Source: Candidatus Bathyarchaeota archaeon (lineage in GTDB: Archaea; Thermoproteota; Bathyarchaeia; Bathyarchaeales; Bathycorpusculaceae). From it: a stretch of 64,000 nt of DNA. The notes under the pieces were generated by a model. That model had not been told where the DNA came from, did not search any database, and was given only the letters and a program-made list of their open reading frames with translations. Both the position numbers and the translations under genes were made by a program. Positions 57,792 through 64,000 of the stretch are shown piece by piece (within the stretch, counting starts at the first letter, position 1; the number at the start of each line of letters is the position of its first letter). The stretch lies in the NCBI GenBank assembly GCA_963782525.1, contig CAWAKC010000007.1, forward strand, positions 160,001 through 224,000, in the 5' to 3' direction.

Positions 57792-58382
57792 TCAGCTATG
57801 TGTTTTGGGCGATAATTTTGCAATTAACTCATAATGGTAAGGTCCTGCATTAGTCTGTTTTACAAGAGTAAAGCCACTCTCTGCAAGAACCTGCTTGGCT
57901 TCATCTTCCGAGAGTCGTTCTTTTAATGGCGGTCCATGTTCTGTTTGAATCTTTTTCCAGTCTACATCAACAATGAAGGCTGTTGATTTAGATATACGTC
58001 TAACTTCTTGGAAGAACGCTTTCCTGTCTTCTACCTCATGTAGAACGTTGGCGAAAAGGACAAGGTCGACGGATTCTTCAGGGATCCCTGTATGGCACAC
58101 ATCGCTATTTACTATTTTTATGATATTCGGGTTAACTTCTAACTTGGCAATGTTTTCTTTTAAACCATTTATCATTGCCGGGCTGCTATCGACGGCATAT
58201 ACGAGGCCTTTTTCTCCTGTCATCTGAGCCATTGGTATAGTAAAGAAGCCAGGTCCCGAACCCAAGTCTGCTATAATCATTCCTCTCGTAATGCCTGCCT
58301 CGTTTAGAATGGTTTCTGGATTATGCCATTGCTTTCTTTCTTCAGACATTAAAAACTTGACACGGTCAATATGATGTTCCAT
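57792..58382 (-). CDS. class I SAM-dependent methyltransferase
   Basis: ADLGSGPG, VYAVD, NVLHE, DW..HGPP. Confidence 0.9.
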   Translation of the reverse strand: MEHHIDRVKFLMSEERKQWHNPETILNEAGITRGMIIADLGSGPGFFTIPMAQMTGEKGLVYAVDSSPAMINGLKENIAKLEVNPNIIKIVNSDVCHTGIPEESVDLVLFANVLHEVEDRKAFFQEVRRISKSTAFIVDVDWKKIQTEHGPPLKERLSEDEAKQVLAESGFTLVKQTNAGPYHYELIAKLSPKTHS

Positions 58383-58485
58383 TGCTAACTCCTCAAATGC
58401 TTAAGCAAAAATCAATCGAGTATTAATGTACACTTGTTGAAAAATTCTTTAGCAAAGGAAATAAACAAGGGCTCTTAGCGTTAGA

Positions 58486-58878
58486 TTGGTTTTCAATATG
58501 CTGTGTGACCGTTGTGGTTTAGATGTTAAGGAAGGCGAAGGTTATGATCTTAATGGCAAGCACCTATGTGAGGACTGTTATATGTATGAGACTAATCCGC
58601 CTAAGGCTTGTGACCCCATGGCTGTGTCATCAGCCTTATCTGTACGAAAACAATTAGGCCAATCAGGCAGTTCAGGCTTAACTGAGCTACAGCAAAAAAT
58701 CTACAACACCATAGAGAAATATGGCAAAATCACAAAAGAAGACTTGGTCAAAACCCTAAACATCAAACCAGAGCAATTGGAGCAAGAGTTTGCTTTCTTT
58801 AGGCATTGCGAACTACTCCGTGCTTTTAAAGAAGATGATAAAATTTACTTTACAAAATGGGAAACAAAAAGCTCCTGA
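58486..58878 (+). CDS. zinc-finger plus winged-helix-like hypothetical protein
   Basis: CDRC...LCEDC, CDP, RHCELLR. Confidence 0.75.
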   Translation: MVFNMLCDRCGLDVKEGEGYDLNGKHLCEDCYMYETNPPKACDPMAVSSALSVRKQLGQSGSSGLTELQQKIYNTIEKYGKITKEDLVKTLNIKPEQLEQEFAFFRHCELLRAFKEDDKIYFTKWETKSS

Positions 58879-58957
58879 AATTTGAACCCTTAGAAAAGGT
58901 TGCCGCATTATTTAGCCAGTGAAATGCGTAACTGCAATTCCGAAATTCTTTTTTGCA

Positions 58958-59248
58958 CTAGTCCGTCAACTTTTCTCGAAGATTTTCTTCTGAAATATTT
59001 TTGTCCAATTTGTCAATTGTCAGGGCGAGTTCCTCATCGCCGACTGTAGTTCTTAACCACTTCTGGAAGTCACCGCGATCAAAGTGGAATTTGATCGACT
59101 CTACATCAGCGCTTCCCATGTCTCTTAAGAAAGAACAAAGGGACAAATGCTGTTTCACCAGAATAATGACCATCTGGCATGAAGAAATGGAAGCCTTGAG
59201 CATAAGGAAACTACTTTCAGAATTTTCTGGGCAGCTTCTGCATTGCAA
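58958..59248 (-). pseudogene. DUF5752-like gene remnant
   Basis: Core SIKFHFDRGDFQKWLRTTVGDEELA intact; both ends appear out of frame. Confidence 0.55.
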
Positions 59249-59285
59249 CTTTTTTGAGCGTTAACCAAAATGACCACCAACAGAG

Positions 59286-59822
59286 TTATAGCAGCTTACC
59301 TATGCGCCTTGAGTCATCTTTAATGATTTGCAACTGTTCGGCAGTAGGTTTTCCCCTAACATCACCCAATCTACCTAGTGTACTGTGCTCAATTGAACCA
59401 TGGAATTCGCTAAGAACGTACCATTCATCGATAACATTGAAGCCTATGTGCTCAAAGTATTGTCGTATATCCTTGCCAACGGGAGTTGCCTCGTCTATTC
59501 CTGTATGTGGTCCCGAGTAAGTAACAAAAACTATCGCGTTTTTGCCTGGCACTTTTGGGGCTGAAGGCTTGATTTTACCATTTTGACGATATTCAGCGAA
59601 TTTTTTCTTTAGAAAGTTTGTCATCGGTTCAGGAGGATGCCATGAGTACGAGGGGCAACCTACGCAAACTAAATCATAGTCAAAATAATCAAGCGCTTCT
59701 GCTGCCTCAGGCTTTTTAATGGTTACTTCGACGTCAGCTTCCTCTAGCCCTTCTTTGATTGCTTTGGCGACTTTCTCTGTATTTCCGGTTTTAGACCAGT
59801 AGATTATTAGTGCAGTTTTCAT
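59286..59822 (-). CDS. flavodoxin family protein
   Basis: YWSKTGNTEKVA, VGCPSY. Confidence 0.9.
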   Translation of the reverse strand: MKTALIIYWSKTGNTEKVAKAIKEGLEEADVEVTIKKPEAAEALDYFDYDLVCVGCPSYSWHPPEPMTNFLKKKFAEYRQNGKIKPSAPKVPGKNAIVFVTYSGPHTGIDEATPVGKDIRQYFEHIGFNVIDEWYVLSEFHGSIEHSTLGRLGDVRGKPTAEQLQIIKDDSRRIGKLL

Positions 59823-59841
59823 TTCTTAAGCTCGTGAGGGG

Positions 59842-60258
59842 TTATTCTGTTTTTCCTTCAAATTCAACCGTTACGTCAGTTGGTTGTTTGAAGACGAACA
59901 TAACAGGGCAGTTTGCTTCGGTTCTTCTCCAAGCCGCCTCTAGCAGTTCTTTTCTTGCGGTGGAGGAAGCGTTGACTTTCATGATAACGCCGCTTATTAT
60001 TGGCGAATCTGGAGATTTGTCGGCTTCAACGGTTACTTCGACTTTGTTTAGTTTAATATTGCTTTTTTTGCAAACGTCAGCGAAAATTGTTACGCCGCAA
60101 TCGGCTAGCGCCATCAAGCTGAGTTCAAGTGCTGTTGGACCGCAGTCTGTTCCGCCTGCAGCAGTGGAGAGGTCACATTCTACACTGTGGTTTCTTTGAT
60201 TATCAACCTTTGAACGGACGTTTTCAACCCATGTTGCTTTGGCTTTTACTTTTGGCAT
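59842..60258 (-). CDS. OsmC family protein
   Basis: GGTDCGPTALE..LADC, NCPV. Confidence 0.88.
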   Translation of the reverse strand: MPKVKAKATWVENVRSKVDNQRNHSVECDLSTAAGGTDCGPTALELSLMALADCGVTIFADVCKKSNIKLNKVEVTVEADKSPDSPIISGVIMKVNASSTARKELLEAAWRRTEANCPVMFVFKQPTDVTVEFEGKTE

Positions 60259-60308
60259 TCTATTTCACCATTTAATCTTTCTCTCAGATTTGGATTTAAA
60301 ATTTATGG

Positions 60309-60689
60309 CTAATGCTCGTGATGCTTTGCGTGTTCACATGCGCCCGCTAATGCTTTTAGTTTGCCTTCTTTGAAGCTTTCAACTATTTCCTTTACTGTTG
60401 TTCCAGTGGCTTGTAATACACTTATGCCGGCATCTTGAAGGCTACTTAAGCATCCAGGCCCCATTCCTTTCACAACAAAAATGTTCGGCTTTAAAGCTAA
60501 GAGATGTTCATGCGGATGCCCAGTGCCCCCAACGTGTTCACCCTTGTTCACTTCTGTTCTTACCCCAGTATTGTTGTTGTTCTCGTCTAAATCTACGATT
60601 GTGTAGTATGGTGCTCTTCCGAAATGTTCAGCTAAATGAGCCTCTAAACCCGATTTGTCTTCTGTTGGAATTACGATTCTTTTAGTCAT
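60309..60689 (-). CDS. NifB/NifX family protein
   Basis: HFGRAPYY, GMGPG, His-rich tail. Confidence 0.9.
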   Translation of the reverse strand: MTKRIVIPTEDKSGLEAHLAEHFGRAPYYTIVDLDENNNNTGVRTEVNKGEHVGGTGHPHEHLLALKPNIFVVKGMGPGCLSSLQDAGISVLQATGTTVKEIVESFKEGKLKALAGACEHAKHHEH

Positions 60690-60935
60690 TGTTTTTTTAC
60701 CTCATTTTTACTTTTAGAAGTTTGCTCAAGTAATAGTTTAAGTACTAAACTCTATTAATAGTTTATGTTGAGAAAACAAACAAAAAGAGGTCGAACAAAC
60801 GAATTGTGAATAGACCTCATAAGACATTGTGAATCCATAGGAAGTTATTAAGGGTTGCCGGGTTTACAGTTGGAAGCTTTTTCGATCCCCGTTCTCTTCT
60901 TAACTGAGAATTGAGTGTCTATCAGAAAGGTTGGC

Positions 60936-62206
60936 TTATCTTTCAATTCTCTCCTCTTCTTCATGTGTCTCAGTTGGTGAAACCATTTTTTCTAATGAGT
61001 TTTGATTCAGAAGGCGAATTGCCTCTCTGATTTCTATAGCTTTTGGAAGAGAATAAATCTGTATGAGATTGTCGCCCAATACGTGAAAAGGTCCCTCTCC
61101 AAGACGCCCAGCCAGTACAACATCAACCTTTTCTTCAACCAAAAGATTGGCAGCTTGTATCCCCTTCTTACGCGACAGTGTCGCTCCTTCGTTCTCTCTA
61201 ACATTGAGACTCACAATTTGTCCTTCTTCAACCTCTATGAAGGCAAAATAAGGGGCACTTCCAAATGCAGAACAGCAGGAGAATCCATGCCTTTGTCTTC
61301 TTTTATTGGAATAGCAATCCTTGTTTTTTTCCTATGTGTAAGTCCCACATGAACAGTTATTAACTCCAAGTCTTTGAAACGCTCCTTGATTCTATTTTCT
61401 ACTTCTTCAGATATCGCATGCGCTTTTTCCAGAGAAAGCCCCTCCTGCAACTCCACATGTATTTCACCAAAGAACACAGGACCAGCTTTTCGCAACCTAA
61501 CCTCATGAGTACCCTTAACTCCATGAACACTCCCCGCTATTTCCTTCATTTCCTTAACCCTCTGCGGGCTCAGCGAAACATCCATCAAAACCAGCACAGC
61601 ATCTTTTCCAAACAATAACCCCCTTGCCAGGACATACGCACCCATCACAAAGCCAATCAGAGCCTCACCAGCTGGAAAACCAAGCACCCCTAGAAAAACC
61701 CCGACGAAAACCAACACAGAAGTGTAAACATCTATCATAGAATGCAAACCTTCACTGATTAACGCCTGTGAACCAATTTGGCGTCCCACTCGCCCCTTAT
61801 ATTTAGCAAGCAGATAATAGATAATCGCAGAGAACGCTGCCACAACTAGAGCTATTCCCGAAAATGAGATAACGTAGACCCCAAAAAACTTCTGAAAAGA
61901 CTCTAACATGATCAATATGCTTGATGCCACAAGTATCAAAGACACTGTCAGTAACGCAAATGTTTCTGCCTTATAGTACCCATAGGGGAACCTCTCGGTG
62001 GGTTTTTTCTTTGCGATTCTGAGTCCCACCCAAACAGCAATTGAAGAAAAAACATCCGAGAATGAGTCGATTGTACCAGCCAAGAGAGCTACGCTGCCGC
62101 TAACAACTGCAACGATTCCTTTCAAGATGCCGAGTGCTAGAAGAACAATTGTGGAAAGCTTTGCTGTTTTTTCTCCCTTTCTAAACGATATTCTATTTTC
62201 ACTCAT
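60936..62206 (-). pseudogene. CDF (FieF-like) cation efflux transporter fused to NifX-like domain, split by 1-nt deletion near 61264
   Basis: CAT-TT-GGA; one added T gives HFGSAPYFAFIEVEEGQIV in frame with ORF 60936-61214; CDF motifs GSVALLA, FPYGYYKAE, HSMIDV. Confidence 0.8.
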
Positions 62207-62398
62207 TTTTGATTCATCTATTTTTCGAAGTTGTCACGTTATTTCTTACTTAAACGCGCTTATTTCTTTTCAAAAACGATATCTTTTTGATCTGAAGTTT
62301 AATTGCTACCCAAAAAATGGGAGAATTGTGTTTGGACAAGTGGCGTCTATGCATTCTTGAAGTGTTGAAAGGCGTTTGGCTAATCTAACTTGACATTG

Positions 62399-62764
62399 TC
62401 ACTGATCTGTTGGCTGTTTTTTCTCTGATTCAAGCTTTGATTTCAATTCTTTTAGATGTGTTTCTATGTCGTTGATTTCTTGCTCTATGCTGGCTTTCTC
62501 TTCGCCAAATTTCTTTTTGGAGTTTTCCAACGCGACTAGTTCATCTTGTATATTAGGCGTTGGAAACTGATACGCGTATGTTGGGTCTGCCCACCAACAT
62601 CTTGGAAGCCCTGGAAATCTTGCACATGCCTGCGGATTAGCGCCCCCTCCTCTGCCATAACATCTGCCGCCGTATGCACGTCCGGGTCTTTGCCATGGTG
62701 GCAAGTGACTGAATGGTCCTCTGCCGGGCCACTGATCGAAATACGCTCTTCTTCTATATCCCAT
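62399..62764 (-). CDS. DUF5320-like Gly/Arg/Pro-rich protein with coiled-coil tail
   Basis: WPGRGPFSHLPPWQRPG, C-terminal LE..K..IE.EI..IE..L.EL; GAGGTGA RBS. Confidence 0.75.
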   Translation of the reverse strand: MGYRRRAYFDQWPGRGPFSHLPPWQRPGRAYGGRCYGRGGGANPQACARFPGLPRCWWADPTYAYQFPTPNIQDELVALENSKKKFGEEKASIEQEINDIETHLKELKSKLESEKKQPTDQ

Positions 62765-62792
62765 TTTTGTTTCACCTCTTCCAATTTATTTT

Positions 62793-62853
62793 TGTGTTTA
62801 TGCACACAATTAATTATGTGATAATGCACAGAAATATATAAAAGTTCTGCACA
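62793..62853. promoter_or_regulatory. tandem TGTG-N6-CACA operators
   Basis: TGTGTTTATGCACA (62793) and TGTGATAATGCACA (62817), third TGCACA at 62848, around TATATAAA. Confidence 0.6.
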
Positions 62854-62907
62854 ACATAAACTACATTTAAGGAACCGAAACGGACAAGGTATCGAAGTGT
62901 AAAGAAC

Positions 62908-63066
62908 ATGAGAACAGAGCAAGAAATCAGAAAAAGCCTAAAGACCCTTGAAAATGAGACGCTAACCAATGGGCCATTCACCGAGTTTGAAATAATCGCT
63001 AGAAAAGCAGCACAGCAAGCGTTAGAATGGGTTCTCGAAGAAACAGAGAGCCTGTTAACGTACTGA
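62908..63066 (+). CDS. unannotated 52-aa helical protein
   Basis: MRTEQEIRKSLKTLENE...AAQQALEWVLEETESLLTY. Confidence 0.6.
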   Translation: MRTEQEIRKSLKTLENETLTNGPFTEFEIIARKAAQQALEWVLEETESLLTY

Positions 63067-63103
63067 GCAAAAGGCAAACAAGCTCGAGAGGGAAAAATCT
63101 GCT

Positions 63104-63442
63104 ATGTGGCGAGGAAGACACAGATGCGGCGGACGAGGGAGATTCCCAAAACCCGTTACATTAGGGGTTTTTCCGCATATAACCAGCTTTACGCCTAATC
63201 CATCAAGGAACCTGGAACCTGTTTTCGTTGAATTCGCGGAGGTTGAGGCTTTTAGGCTAGTGGACATGGAGGGTTTGTCGCAGGAAGAAGCTGGACAAAG
63301 AATGAGCATTTCAAGAGGAACCATCTGGAGACTCGTCCAAAGCGCAAGAAAAAAAACCTCACAAGCACTTAGCGAAGGAAAACCAATATACATCGTTACA
63401 TCTAACCCAAATAGAGAAAACCGAAAAAGCGATAAGGAATAG
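63104..63442 (+). CDS. DUF134 family predicted DNA-binding protein
   Basis: EVEAFRLVDMEGLSQEEAGQRMSISRGTIWRLVQSARKK. Confidence 0.92.
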   Translation: MWRGRHRCGGRGRFPKPVTLGVFPHITSFTPNPSRNLEPVFVEFAEVEAFRLVDMEGLSQEEAGQRMSISRGTIWRLVQSARKKTSQALSEGKPIYIVTSNPNRENRKSDKE

Positions 63443-63474
63443 CTTTTCGTCCTCAAAAGCAGTTAGCCATAGAA

Positions 63475-63945
63475 GTGGAAGAAATGGAAAGTTCCGTTAA
63501 AATTACTGATAGAGTAGAGGATTATCTAAGGATAATCGATAAAATAATTGATAAGCAAGGTTTTGCTAGAACCGGTGATGTTGCTTCGGAGTTGGGAATC
63601 AAGCCAGCAAGTGTTTTTGAAATGCTGAGCAAACTTCAAAAACAGGGGTTGATTGTTCATAAAAAATACGGTGAAGTGAAATTAACCGGAAAAGGTCAAA
63701 GTATGGCAGATGCCATCAACAAGAGACAGGGTACTTTTCTTAAATTTCCAGATATAATTTTAGTTCCACATGACGTTGCAATTAGAGATGCCAATATACT
63801 TGAGCACAAGCTAGACTACACAACAATAATTCAGTTTTAGAAATTCGTTGACTTTATGACCTTAGAGCGACCATATGTCATTAAAAAATGGCGAGAATTC
63901 TTCAAATACTACTCTGGCATGGAAGAGAAAGATAGGCAGAATTGA
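63475..63945 (+). pseudogene. DtxR/MntR-family metal-dependent regulator with internal TAG at 63838-63840
   Basis: EDYL, ARTGDVA, LEH; frame continues past TAG as KFVDF...W.EFFKYY to TGA 63945; RH motif changed to RQ. Confidence 0.75.
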
Positions 63946-64000
63946 TCATCAACAATCCCGTAAACTTCTTAATCAATAAATTTATTGCTCAACAAGTCAT

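Noticed and set aside
63838-63840. In-frame TAG in the DtxR/MntR gene as pyrrolysine/amber recoding
   Set aside because: TAG ends full-length genes here (e.g. 14472, 23595, 25885, 32025, 51407), no pyl genes are in the window, and the gene has other damaging changes.
1-64000. CRISPR array, rRNA or IS element
   Set aside because: No regularly spaced repeats, rRNA-like sequence or transposase ORFs were seen.

Overview
This is an archaeal chromosomal segment. Gene content and style point to a Bathyarchaeia-like anaerobe; that assignment is an inference. The left part holds the 5' end of an rnfD-like gene, a radical SAM/SPASM gene, a GPN GTPase, a bacterial-type metK and htpX. Next is a corrinoid-related neighbourhood (about 9.3-18.8 kb): AsnB-like synthetase domain, nitrilase, two paralogous Cys-motif TIM-barrel proteins, ferredoxin, cbiZ, a B12 radical SAM, and an MtrH-like protein with a corrinoid protein. 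Two GT-C-like membrane paralogs, a PiT phosphate module, tRNA-Gly(CCC) and an orphan TIR protein follow. The centre holds convergent purine operons purM-purS-purL-purQ and purF-purD-HAD-ftr-like-pfkB, then the ACDS cluster cdhABCDE with cooC. The right part (about 46.5-64 kb) is an accessory metal/redox region with a P3A H+-ATPase and several disrupted genes. Best candidate for an undescribed system: the purine cluster covers steps 1, 2, 4 and 5 but has no purN/purT. Translationally coupled to purD is a HAD phosphatase, a divergent Ftr-like formyltransferase and a PfkB kinase (EhaR/EhaS/EhaT-like), suggesting a methanopterin/methanofuran-dependent GAR formylation route. No CRISPR array, rRNA, integrase or transposase was seen.
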